From assembly GCA_964016885.1 (NCBI GenBank), contig OZ024745.1, positions 105,028,001 through 105,092,000 of the forward strand: DNA of 64,000 nucleotides. The letters are read 5' to 3'. This DNA is from Eledone cirrhosa (Eukaryota). Positions 26,451 through 38,010 of the stretch are shown piece by piece (positions within the stretch are counted from its first letter, which is position 1; each line of letters begins with the position of its first letter). The position numbers were made by a program, and so were the translations under genes. The notes under the pieces are model-generated. The model was not told where the DNA came from. It worked only from the letters and a program-made list of their open reading frames with translations, and did no database searches.

Positions 26451-26665
26451 TTAACCCTTTAGCATTTAAACCAGCCATATCCGATCAGAATTCTTTCGCC
26501 TCTTTCTGTTCAAACCAGCCATAACTGGCCGCTCATACTGACGTTAAGGTATTGTTCTCAAAATAAATATGAAAATCTCATAGATTCAATATTATGTGAG
26601 ATAATCATGTAAGGTAAAGTCTTTGCCACAAAAATACAATAGTAAATATAGAGTAATGTGAATGC
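26451..26665 (+). mobile_element. piggyBac-like MITE, right TIR eroded
   Basis: TTAACCCTTTAGCATTTAAACC start and internal homology to 36263-36470. Confidence 0.68.
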
Positions 26666-27999
26666 TTTCATCCTTCCTTCCAACCAGTCTCAAAGCCCTT
26701 TCTCCTTCTTCCCTTACTAAACAATAAAATATAAAAGCACTGGAGTTGGTTCTCCTGTGACTCTCTCTCTCTCTCTCTCTTTCTCTGTCTCTCTCCTTCT
26801 CTCTTTCTCTCTCTCACCTTTCCCCTCTTTTCCTCTTCTCCCCCCTTTCTCTCTCACTATCTCTTTCTTACCTGTGTTGTGCAGCATCACTGTCCTACCT
26901 ACAATCCAAGTAGTTACTGCAGGTGGTATATCTCACTGATATATATAGGTCACTGCAACATGGTGAAAGGTGTACTTAGTTTGATGACAACATTGAGTAG
27001 TCCAATTCATCCTGCAAGAAAACCCACCTGTAATACATCAGCTTCCTATCCAAGGACATATTTATCACCTCTCGTCCTCATGCTGTCACATCAAGAGATA
27101 AGCACAGATTCAATGTGTCGTTATAATTAGGAAAAATCAATTAACCTCAGTTGTAACTCTATGATAGTATCAATCAAACATATCATTCATTACTATTTTT
27201 TAAATAATTAATCTGAGGACAAGCAATAATGTATTTTATTGTTATTGATGTTGTTAAGTAGCAATTGGTAAACTCTGCTTGTGTGGCATTATAGCATGAT
27301 GAAAAGTACTTTAATGATTAGCAGGACCTGATCTGAAAATATATCAAACTTACTCATGAATTTTTAAAATTTGCTTATGGTTCTGGTCTCATCTATTATT
27401 AATGCTATTGATATAGCTGTTTTTGTTGCTGTTTAGAACTGAGTGATCTCCAAAAGAGCAATCCTATGATAAGAGACATTCTAGATGTGACCATCTTGTA
27501 GTTTTTAGAGATATTTAGAACTTTATTTTTAAATGCGGGAGTTGTGACTGGGAGATAGTATCTGCAGTAGACAGATCAATGGAGACATTGTTTTCTTGGT
27601 ACAATTTGATGAAATCCATCCCACTCAATAAGTGAGTGAGGTCTGGGATCTTGTCACTTGATTTTTTTTCTTCTGTTTATAAGACAAACCTGTGTGATTT
27701 GAGATGGATTTTTTCTGCTAATTCTCGTAGGTCAAGCTGCCACATAGCAGCTCATGCAATGGTTTTTCGATATAGCAGTGGCTTGATAAAGTGAAACTCA
27801 TTAGAGGGAAGACAGCAAACTATATTGCTTTGTCATTGAGTGCTTTGTTGAGGATCCTAGTTTATATATCCCGGAGAAAACAGTTGAGATTGTTTTAGAA
27901 GGGCTTTTGCTATTCAACATTATTACTTTACTGACTTCATTAAAAGAGGCAAGAAGAAAGCTTGGAACAAGAAATAAACAAAAATAGTATTGTTATCGA

Positions 28000-28186
28000 C
28001 TAAAAGCACCCAGCACACACTGTAAATGTTGTTGGCGTTAGGACGGGCATCCAGCCGTAGAAATCTAGCCAGAAACAGTTCTATAAGAGCAAGACATGGT
28101 CACCCAACCCAACTTGCCTCTAATGGGACAAACCCATCTAACCCATGGTAGTGTGGAAAATAGACGTTAAATGATGATGATGATGA
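28000..28186 (+). mobile_element. RTE 3'-tail repeat copy
   Basis: AAAAGCACCCAGCACACACTGTAAA...GGGCATCCAGCCGTAGAAA...GACGTTAAATGATGATGATG. Confidence 0.75.
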
Positions 28187-29863
28187 TAAGTAATTGTGAG
28201 TTAAAATTCATAGTATGGATGGTGAAAGAAAAGGGGACGAGTGAACCATGTGGTGGTAAGAAATCAGTTAGCTCCAAAAAGCAAAGACTCCTGTAGTAAC
28301 AGTACAAAAGGCAAAGTGAGGTAACAGCACATCTGTGAGCTAGAAGCTAGAGTGTATTAGTGAGTAACTTCATGCTAATTAGTTAAGTAGACTTTATTTA
28401 GATACAGTGGTTTACGATGTCTGTATTTGTAGTAGCAACACTGTCCCTAACATGAGAGTTGTATTCTATTGTTACCCAATAGTGCTTTGAAATATAGATA
28501 AAAGGTTTTTACACACATACAGTATATGCTTATAAAACATCAGTGCTGTAAACAAGTCTATTATTCATACTAGTAAAACTCAACGGAAATCTTATTGAAT
28601 AGGTCTGCAACTTTCCTTAATTTTCTTTCTGTGAAACAATTTTGTTTGCTTTCCATTTCAATGAATTCCATCCACAGAAAATTACGGGCCTTTAAGCTTT
28701 CAGATACTTTATCTTCTTCCTTGTAAACAGTGTGCTTACAACAAAATGTCTATTTCGTTAAAATTCCTCATGTGTAACAATGGTAATAATAGATTCATGG
28801 AACACATGGATTCTCGGTCATCTTAGTAAAATTACAGACTCTTTTCAAAATAAGTATTGTATAAATATAAAATAAATTCATGTAGGCTTAGTGGTAGCAA
28901 AATAACAGTGGGATAAGATAAGAGTTACTATATATTTATAAATAGTCAGTCTTGTTTTATAGTTGACGAACTCAGCATTGCTGCCCCAGTAATATAGGCC
29001 CAGACGGAGTGAGGAAGCATTCGCTGGCAAGAGGAGTACCTGTGTATGCCACCTCATGTTCCCAACAGACAGAATGGGGGAAACGTTGCCCCAGAGGATG
29101 GTGAGGGAGACATGTTCATGTACTGTTCTTGTTGTTTAGTTTCAGATCACCCTTCATCAAGCAAACCTATGATCAGAGACATGGCCAGCCTGTCTTTTTG
29201 GGAGCAGGTCTAGGACTACATTTTCTAATGTGTCTTTCCATTTTTAACATTGTAGTGTATAATTTAAGGGTCATTTGGCTGTTATTTCTAGTAAACCGAT
29301 TGTTCACATAGAGGAAACCTTATCAGTTCATGTGTTGTGAGAAGAGGTTAGTTCTGATGTTTGAAGTTATGTATTTATTTATTTATGTAATATTTAAACA
29401 TTTTTTTTGCTGAAACTGAGTATCACAAGATTTTATGTTTTTCATCATGCAATCTTTTTTACACAGAATTCTCATGAATATGGTGGTTCAACTCACACTT
29501 AACGTGTTTAGTCTTATTGAAATTTGTACAATTATCAATCATTTTGCATGAACATCTTTAACTTTTAGCTCAGTGTTATGTCTGCCTAATACTTATTCTT
29601 CTGTTACTACAACAGCCAGTTTTAAAACATTAAAACACAATTTTATATGTTTTTTATTATTGTCACACTCATCTTTCTCTTCTTTACATAGATGTGAGAA
29701 TAAAGCATATGTGCTATTTTTTATACCTTGAACCATACCTCTGAAATAATTAATTCTATATTTATTGCTCCTTACCTACAAAAATTTGAGAAATCAAGTA
29801 AAAAAAAAATATCTTTTTTATTTTAGTGTATATTTATTTCTAATCCACAAAATACTATTTCAG

Positions 29864-30041
29864 AGTGGGAGTAAGAAGACAGCAACAATTTATAACCAGC
29901 TACCCCGTGGCTATTCTACAGAGTGTTCTGACCTACCATCTAGTTTTGTTGTTAAAGAATCTGGAAAACATTATCAGCATTCAAATCGTCATCTAGACAC
30001 TTATTCCTACCCTGGATACAGCAGAACTATTACAAATAAAG
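29864..30041 (+). CDS. TTLL13: Probable exon (phase 0/1) of the TTLL6/13-like C-terminal tail
   Basis: tatttcAG acceptor, open frame SGSKKTATIYNQLPRGYSTECSDLPSSFVVKESGKHYQHSNRHLDTYSYPGYSRTITNK, donor AAAG|gttaga; non-repetitive coding-like sequence. Confidence 0.6.
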
Positions 30042-30090
30042 GTTAGATTCTGTTTGATTATTTATCAACGATTTGTATATATATTTATAT

Positions 30091-30270
30091 ATATTTAATA
30101 TAGAAATGGCTTCTACAGGACTAGAACTGTTTCATTCGGAAGAAATCACCAGGAAAGCCCTAATGATTTCTTCCGAATGAAACAGTTCTAGTCCTGTAGA
30201 ACCCATTTCTATATTAAATATTTATACTCTGCTATGTATTGAATACCTTACTTAGTGTGGTTACCCCAAT
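30091..30270. mobile_element. Fold-back element (about 57-bp arms), probable Penelope-like remnant with degenerate hammerhead core
   Basis: Arms about 30091-30147 and 30163-30220; right arm has CTAATGA-T-TTC(TTCC)GAA-T-GAAAC; followed by GTATTGAATACC motif. Confidence 0.55.
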
Positions 30271-30277
30271 TTGAACC

Positions 30278-30720
30278 TGCTGTGTGCAGGAGAGGAGGTT
30301 GCGTTGGTATGGACATGTGATGCGTATGAAGGATGACAGCTGCATAAAAAGGTGCAGAGCACTAGAAGTCGATGGAAGCTACGGAGTGGCGAGACCAAAG
30401 AAAACCTGGGATGAGGTGATAAAAGTCGACCTTAACCAATTACACCTTTCAAAGGCGATGACAAAGTGGTTGTGGAGGTGCCACGGCAAAAAATCACCCA
30501 GTCCACACTGTAAAGTGGACGTGTAGGCGCCACGGAAAAAAGTACCCAGCACTCACTGTAAATGAGGTTGGTTTTAGGAAGGGCATCCAGCTGTAGAAAT
30601 TAAGCCAGAATCAGTTCCCATATGAACAAGACATGGTCAGCCGACCGGCTACTGCCCACAACAGGACAACCGTCTAATCCATGCTAGCGTAGAAGAACGG
30701 ACGCAAAACGGTGATGACGA
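30278..30720 (+). mobile_element. RTE LINE 3' fragment with 3' tail
   Basis: QERRLRWYGHVMRMKDDSCIKRCRALEVDGSYGVARPKKTWDEVIK then tandem units, GGAAGGGCATCCAGC and GAT tail. Confidence 0.85.
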
Positions 30721-30734
30721 TATATATATATATA

Positions 30735-30945
30735 AAAGTTTATCTTGTTTTGTTTACATTCTTTATTTTCGATTTTTTTTTCTTTACTTGATCCTCCTTC
30801 ATTTCTGTTTCTTATTTGTGATCCTGTCTCTAGTTTGTACTCCTGAAGAAGGGCTTACGCTCGACGTGCAGAACTTTCTTTCCTCTTTTCCATATAAAGC
30901 ATAAAACTAATAAGACTTTGTGTATCGCTGTTTGTCTTCTTGAAC
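30735..30945 (+). repeat. Degenerate Penelope-like terminal fragment between (TA)n runs
   Basis: CTGAAGA-AGGGC(TTAC)GCTC-GACGT resembles a hammerhead core whose GAAA has lost two A's. Confidence 0.4.
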
Positions 30946-30974
30946 TATATATATATACATATATATATATATAT

Positions 30975-33433
30975 CATCATCATCATCATCACACGTCCGT
31001 TCGTCCATGCTAGCATGGGTTAGACGGGTTGTCCTGTTGTGGGCAGTGTCTGGTCGGCTGACCATGCCTTGCTCATACAGGGACTGATTTTGGCTTGGTT
31101 TCTACAGCTGGATGCTCTTCCTAACACCAACCTCATTTACAGTGAGTGTTGGGTGCTTTTTTCCGTGACGCCTACACGTCCACTTTACAGTGTGGGCTGG
31201 GTGCTTTTTAGCCATGGCACCTCCACGACCACTTTGCAGTGGGAGAGTGTGGGGGCATATTGTCTATATGCTTCAACTTGTACCCATGGGAGGTCGGGTA
31301 CTCTGTATTACTGCATGACGCCAGAGGTCACGGTCATATGTCATCGCCTTTGAGAGGTGTAATTGGGTAAGGTCGGCCCCTATCACCTCATCCCAGCCAC
31401 TCCGCGGCTTCCATTGACTTCTAGTGCTCTGCACCTTTTTATGCAGCTGTCATCCTTCATACGCATGACATGTCCATACAACGCATCCGCCTCTCCTTCA
31501 CACAGCATTTAAATCCCTCTTATGCTCAGTCTCTCTCTCAATTCATTTATGCTTTGTCGTTCGTGTATATTACTATTACACATCCATTGGAGCATGCAGG
31601 CTTCGTTTCTGTCTAATCTACGTAAGTCTTCCACCTTCAGTGCCCAGGTCTCACTACCATGTAACATTGCTGTTCGGATACACGCATCATACAGTCTGCC
31701 TTTCATTTTGAGGGAGAAGCCTTTTGCAGCTAGCAGTGGCAGTAGCTCCCTGAACTTCTTCCATCCCATTCTTACTCTAGTTATTGTAATTTCTGAACAC
31801 CCACCTCTGCTGCTAATTCGGTCACCTAGGTAGCAGAAGCTGTCTACTGTTTCTACAGAGCCCTCCCAGAGATTGGTGGTACTTGTTTCCTGTGGCTGTT
31901 TGCTGTCCCAGCACAGCTGCTACATGTGAAGCCTACATTCTTAATTAAGCTTCCTGAGATCCCGCTACATCTCTTGTGTACCCATTGTTTGCATTTGGGG
32001 CAGAGAATGGAGTTCCTACCTACACCTTTCCTACATACTGAGCAAGGCCATTTCCCTGAGGGGATCTGGGTTCTGTTTTCTCGTCTACTTACAAGGACTT
32101 TAGTCTTTGTCATGTTGACTTTGAGACCTTTTCTTTCTAGTCCCTGCTTCCAAGTTTGGAATTTCTTCTCTAGTTCTACCATAGATTCAACTATAAGTGT
32201 GAGGTTATCTGCATACAGGAGTTCCCATGGGCATCCGGTCTTAAACTCCTCCGTTATTGCCTGCAGGACTATGATGAACAGGAGAGGGCTAAGAACAGAG
32301 CCCTGGTGGACACCAACCTGTATGCTAAATTCCTCGCTATACTCATTGCTAATCCTAACTTTGCTGACTGCTCCCCTATACATGGCTTGTACAGCTTTCA
32401 CAAGCCATTCACCTACTCCTAGTTTTTTAAGAGCCCACCAGATTATAGCATGTGGAACTCTGTCAAAGGCTTTCTCAAGATCGACGAATGCCAGGTAGAG
32501 TGGCTTACTTTTAGCTAGGTACTTTTCCTGTAACTGCCTCACAAGGAAGAGGGCATCAGTGGTGCCTCTTCCTGGTACAAACCTAAATTGCATCTCATCA
32601 AGTTTCACCCGGTCCCTAATCAACTGTGCTATAACTCTTTCTGTTACTTTCATGACCTGGTCTATCAGCTTTATACCTCTATAGTTTCCTATATCTACTG
32701 CATCATCTTTACCTTTGTAGCAGCTGACAATGATGCTACTGCACCAATCTTTTGGTATGACACCTTCTAGTATTACCTGGTTAACAATACATGTGGTTAT
32801 AGTGTGACCTACGGACCCAGATGCCTTCAGCATCTCGGCAGCTATACCCGATGGACCGGTTGCCTTCCCCATCTTCATATCTTTGATTGCCTTACTTACT
32901 ACGCTGCTGCTGACTTGTACTGCTGGCCCCTCTATAGGGTCTACTTGGGGTAGGGTCTCTTCTTCCCATGCATTCTCCTCATTTAGTAATCTATCATAAT
33001 GGCTCTTCCATGCATCTTTCTTCTCAGCACTTGTGAGGGCAAGCTCACCTTTATCATTCCGGATACACTTCTCTCCAATGACATCACAATTCTCTCTGAC
33101 ACACTGCCTCGCAATCTTGAACGCCTTCTGTTTCTGGTCCTCACGTTGCAAAACATGCTTGAATTTTCTATCCTCTCCTTCCCTCCTAGCTAACTAGACT
33201 TGTTGCCTAGCTTCCCTCTTGGTCTCTATGTAATGTACCCTGCTTCCCCCATTCTTCCATTCTTTCCATGCCTGTCTCTTGGCCTTAACTGCCTCATCTA
33301 CATTATTGTTCCACCACCAAGTCACTCTCCTCCTGCTTGTGGTTTTACTCCAGCCACAGATCTCATCCGTCGCCTCTAGTAAGTTATTTTTTAGGAACTC
33401 CCAGTGCTCTTCTACATTGAATGTCTCTATCTG

Positions 33434-33435
<2 letters not shown>
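30975..33435 (-). mobile_element. 5'-truncated RTE LINE (RTE-A1) with RT, PHD insertion and 3' tail
   Basis: ORF 31853-33151: GNYRGIKLID, QFRFVPGRGTTDA, LAFVDLEKAFDRV, VHQGSVLSPLLF, YADN (catalytic YADD mutated); frameshifted continuation 31509-31769; (GAT)n tail at 30975. Confidence 0.92.
31853..33151 (-). pseudogene. RTE reverse transcriptase ORF remnant (432 aa)
   Basis: Non-LTR RT motifs; no endonuclease domain, YADD changed to YADN, frameshift downstream. Confidence 0.88.
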
Positions 33436-33472
<37 letters not shown>

Positions 33473-33566
33473 TTTTGTATCTCCAAAGAAATAGGAAGCC
33501 ATAGCTATGCAAACACCGGGAGGGCTAATGCCCTCTGGTGATGTCCAGCAGAAGTAAGGGGGACAA

Positions 33567-33608
33567 CCGTCTATGCATTTCAGGCTTAACTGGCCTTTGT
33601 CAGGATGG
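33567..33608 (-). ncRNA. Minimal hammerhead ribozyme-like fold, probably inactivated (G8A)
   Basis: Minus strand CCATC-CTGACAA-AGGC(cagttaa)GCCT-GAAA-TGC-ATA-GACGG; palindromic ATGCAT stem III; lies in a roughly 230-bp island between (TA)n runs. Confidence 0.55.
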
Positions 33609-33741
33609 TGTCTCCCACCGCTTGCGACAGCTGGACTAGAAGACAGCTGAGAATATATACTTTTCCCGTCTGTGTAAATGAGGTGATTAATCTCATTTGC
33701 ATATGAATCTGCATATATATATAATATGTATATGTATATAT

Positions 33742-34012
33742 GTTTACTTAGCTGTAGAAATGAGATGATAGGACTGGGGTCCCTATCATTCCACTGGAAA
33801 GTGGTAGTGGAGGTGCCACAGCAAAAAAGCACCCAGCCCACACTGTAAAGTGGTCATGGAGGTGCCACGGAAAAAAAGCACCCAGCACTCACTGTAAATG
33901 AGGTTGGTGTTAGGAAGGGCATCCAGCTGTAGAAATCAAGCCAGAATCAGTTCCCGTCCCACCCTTGCAAGCAGGGAAAAGTGGACATAAAATGAAATGA
34001 AAAATGAAATGA
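33742..34012 (+). mobile_element. SINE-B copy lacking the tRNA head
   Basis: Highly similar to 43541-43765, with one extra tandem unit. Confidence 0.75.
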
Positions 34013-34457
34013 TACATATATATGTGTGTGTGTGTATATATATATAATTTTTGATTTTTAAATTTTAATTTAAATCCAATATTTGTTAAGATGGATCACA
34101 TCAAAACCGGTAATATTTTATATATTTTATAAAAGCCTTTTTTTTTTTAAAAAAGTGTTCTCCTTTATTCAAAAATAACACTTTGTTGGATTCGAGAAGA
34201 AAAAAAATATTCTTTTAATATAATTCTGTGCCGTTTCCATTCTTACTTTTTTTATATAACCTTTGAGATTTGTATAGAACATTACCTCCTTTTCAACTAT
34301 AATTATATATATATATATATATATATGTATAGATATATATATGTATATATATATGTATGTATATATATACAGAGGGAATAAGAAAATGTGAAGAAGTTTC
34401 AGATGTTAAACTCCTTTATTGATAAGGCTGTGACACTCACACACACTCAGACACACT

Positions 34458-34491
<34 letters not shown>

Positions 34492-34657
34492 GTAATAATA
34501 ATAAATGTGAAGACTAAAATCCGAAGAGGGCTTGATAAGGATAATATATATATAAAAATGTATAAAACCATAGAAGATCCCCTTAAGAGTGAAAGCAGCG
34601 ATTCCTTGCTTAAACTTTAATTTGTTATTTTAATAAATATATAAATATATATATATA

Positions 34658-36250
34658 TGGAGAAAGCCTTTGACAGAGACCCCCCACTCCATTATCTGGT
34701 GGGCTCTTAGAAAACTAGGTGTAGATGAATGGCTTGTGAGAGCTATACAAGCTATGTATAAAGATACAGTCAGCAAGGTTAGAATTAACAATGAATATTG
34801 TGAAGAATTTAGTGTAAAAGTTGGTGTTCATCAAGGCTCTGTCCTTAGCCACCTCCTATTTATTATTGCCCTTCAGGCTATAGCAGAGGAGTTTAAGACT
34901 GGCTGCCCTTGGGAACTTCTATACGCAGATGATCTAACTCTCATAGCTGAATCTATGGCTGAACTAGAGAAGAAAATCAAAACATGGAAGAATGGCCTAG
35001 AATCAAAATGCCTTAAAGTTAACTTGTCTAAGACTAAAGTTCTAGTTTGTAAAAAGGAAAATAGGGCACAGGTCCCCTCAAGGAAATGGCCATGCTCAGT
35101 GTGTAGGAAAGGAGTAGGTAGAAATTCCATTTTATGTCCCAAATGCAAAGTATGGGTACATAAAAGATGTAGTGGGATCACAGGTACACTATCTAAGAAC
35201 GTCAACTTTATATGTGGCCGATACTCAGGTACAATAAGTAGCAAGTACCCACAGGATACTAGCTCCTTCTATTGCCCAGATGGTTCTATAGAAATAGTGG
35301 ACACTTTCCTGGCTGACAAAATCAGCAGTGGTGGAGGGTGCTCTGAAAGTACAGTAGCCAGAGTCAGAACGGGATGGGAAAAGTTCGGAGAGCTTATACC
35401 GCTGTTGGCCACAAAAGGTTTCTCTCTAAAAATGAAAGGCAGATTGTATGATGCCTGTATACGAACAGCTCTGCTACATGGCAGAGAGACATGGGCATTG
35501 CATGCAGAGGACCTGTGCAGACTGGAAAGGAACGAAGCTTGCATGCTCCATTGGATGTGTAATAGTAATATACGTGAACGGCAAAGCATAAATGAACTAA
35601 GTGAGAAATTAGGAATAAGAGGGATCAGATGCTGTTTACTTGAGAGAAGACTACGTTGGTATGGTCACGTGATACGCATGAAAGACGACAGCTGTATAAA
35701 AAAGTGCAGGGCGATCAAAATTGATGGAAGTTACAGAAAAACCTGGGACGATTTGATAAATTCCGACCTTACACACTTACATCTCTCTAAGACAATGTCA
35801 CTGGACCGAGATCTTTGGCGCTACTCAGTAATACAGAAGACTCGCCTTGCCTATGTACAAAGTGAAACCTACAGTCAGTAGGCACCCCTTAACCAAATAT
35901 ACACCCCAATCCACTACCCCTACCCTATCCTCCCACTCCCACTAACACCACCCTCTCTCTGTAAAGTTGGTACCACAACATCCAGTCCAAATAAATGAGA
36001 TAATGAGATCGAGATCGTGTAGGTGTCACAACAAAAAAACACACAGCCCAAGCTGTAATGTGGCCATGTAGGTAACACGGTAAAAAGTTCCCAGTTCCAC
36101 ACTGTAAATGTGGTTGGTGTTAGGAAGGGCATCCAGCCATAGAAAACCTGCCAGATAGTCCTGTATGAGCGAGACACAGTCACCCGACCAACCTTACCTC
36201 AAGTGGGACAACTCCCATTTAACCCATGCTAGCATGGAAGATGATGATGT
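34658..36250 (+). mobile_element. 5'-truncated RTE LINE (RTE-A2) with RT, PHD insertion and 3' tail
   Basis: Begins EKAFDR inside (TA)n; ORF 34670-35881 with VHQGSVLS, YADD, PHD-type Cys pattern, ERRLRWYGHV; 3' region with tandem units and GATGATGATG. Confidence 0.92.
34670..35881 (+). pseudogene. RTE reverse transcriptase ORF remnant (403 aa)
   Basis: C-terminal half of RT plus thumb and C-terminal region; 5' truncated with small internal deletions. Confidence 0.88.
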
Positions 36251-36262
36251 TATGTTATTTAA

Positions 36263-36470
36263 CCCTTTAGCATTTAAACCGGCCCTATTCGGTCAGAATT
36301 CTCTCACCTCTTTCTGTTCAAACCAGCTGTAACTGGCTGCTCATACTTATGTTAAGGTATTGTTCTGAAAATAAATAATATCAAAATCTCATAGATTCGA
36401 TATTATGTGAGGTAAAGCTTTTACCATGAAAATGTAATAGTAAAGATTGAGTAATGTAAATGCTAAAGGG
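36263..36470 (+). mobile_element. Complete 208-bp piggyBac-like MITE
   Basis: TTAA|CCCTTTAGCATTTA ... TAAATGCTAAAGGG|TTAA: perfect 14-bp TIR starting CCC with TTAA TSD. Confidence 0.82.
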
Positions 36471-37439
36471 TTAATTAGCATCTTCATGATCACTAGTCCC
36501 ACACACAACACCACCCAAATTTCTCTCAAATCATACTCTACCATCTAAAACATAAATGATATTGTAATCATAGATACAATACACCTCTAGGACTATATAA
36601 TTTAATACCTTTCATAGATGTGAAAAAGAAAGTCATCGCTGGAATGTCTTTGTTCATAGGTCTGTTGGATCAAGACTGACCATGGGCTAAATAACTTTTT
36701 TGAATGAGTTCTGAAATAAATATTCTGTAGAAAGGGCTGAGAGGATCCTTCAGTTGTGTCAATGACATGACAGCCTCTCTAATGCTGGCAGTCTAAATGA
36801 AAGCACCCAGTACACCCTGTAAAGTGGTTGAGAGGACCCTTCAGCTGGTGTGAAAAGGCACAAAAAATAATCTCCTTTGCACTTGATAGAATGTACGACC
36901 ATACATAGCAGGATGCACACCCCTTGATCTGTCTGGGCTATCAGTAACCCCACTTCAGTACTGACTCTGTCTCTGTAGACCCATCTTGCTAGCAGGCAAA
37001 GCGGATGCTAGAAGAAGAAGAAGGTTGTGGTGGTGGTGGTGCTGGTGGTGGTGGCATGAGTGGCGGCGGCGAAGATGAATTTATACTGGTCTAAAAACTG
37101 GTGTTACTTCTGTTATGTACCTTTGTGCCATGTCACTTAGTAATTCTAGAAATGGAGATTGATAAATTAATTACCCAACTGAAATATATGCTAAAAGCAG
37201 TGTTCCAACATAGCCAGCAAAAGAATAACAGAATCACCATCATTCTTGCTTATGCAGGATATAATCAAATGTTACCCCAGCCCAAGCATTGTCAGCATGT
37301 ATATACACACATGTGTCTGTGTATGTGTGTGTGTGTGTGTGTAGCTCAATGTAAAATAACATATATATGTGTGTGTGTTTATATATATGTATGTAAAAGG
37401 TAAACAGAAATAACATCACAATCGGTACAGTATATGGAA

Positions 37440-37616
37440 GGTATATATTAGGTTAACACTTGATATAGCAGAACGAGGGAAGTGTGGTAAGGAACCTGGT
37501 GGACTATAACGCACCAGAGTACTCAATACTTAGAGTAGTAGAGTGGGTAATAGGAAAAGAGTCAGGACCCAGACGGCTAGATCCAAACTCCAGTCGTCTG
37601 GGTCCTGACTCTTTTC

Positions 37617-37620
<4 letters not shown>
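37440..37620 (-). mobile_element. Fold-back Penelope-like remnant, same family as 51471-51965
   Basis: Arms ATAGGAAAAGAGTCAGGACCCAGACG / CGTCTGGGTCCTGACTCTTTTCCTAT; upstream AACGCACCAGAGTACTCAATACTTAGAGTAGTAGAGTGGG is the reverse complement of the segment near 51604-51643. Confidence 0.6.
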
Positions 37621-37662
<42 letters not shown>

Positions 37663-37789
37663 GTGTGTGTATATATATTTATGTGTTTGTACATATATGT
37701 GTGTGTGTGTGTGTGTGTGTATAGGTGTGTGTGTGTATATATATATATACGTGTGTGTGTGTATATGTGCATACTCTTCCTTTGTTGTT

Positions 37790-38010
37790 TATTACCAGTA
37801 ATACACTGGGTAATTACTGGCCTTGTGCCTAACGTAGAAACAATCATTTGTTTTTAAGTCAGGCATGCTTTCCATCGTAGTTACGTCCCTTTACGACCTG
37901 AATTCAAATCCCGCCGAGGTTAACTTTGCCTTTCATCCTTACGGGGTTGATAAAATAAAGTACCAGTAATGTACTGGGTAATTGCTGGCCTTGTGCCAAA
38001 AGTAGAAACA
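37790..38010 (+). mobile_element. Two tandem truncated SINE-A copies
   Basis: 3' fragment ending GTAGAAACAATC, then a copy with B box GAATTCAAATCCC ending GTAGAAACAATT. Confidence 0.8.

Noticed and set aside
28963-29106. Candidate extra TTLL exon (tttatAG ... ATG|gtgagg)
   Set aside because: All frames from the first acceptor hit stops, the phase-0 frame from the second acceptor also stops, and the sequence is homologous to the dispersed repeat at 5590-6180.
31926-32498. + strand ORFs opposite LINE or transposase ORFs (also 10166, 34873 on minus, 44490, 52595)
   Set aside because: Antisense shadows of transposon coding sequence.
34075-34120. Degenerate hammerhead-like motifs (TAAGATGGATCACATCAAAACCGGTA; similar at 51195-51232)
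   Set aside because: Both core segments are mutated; compatible with decayed Penelope-like ends but not callable as ribozymes.
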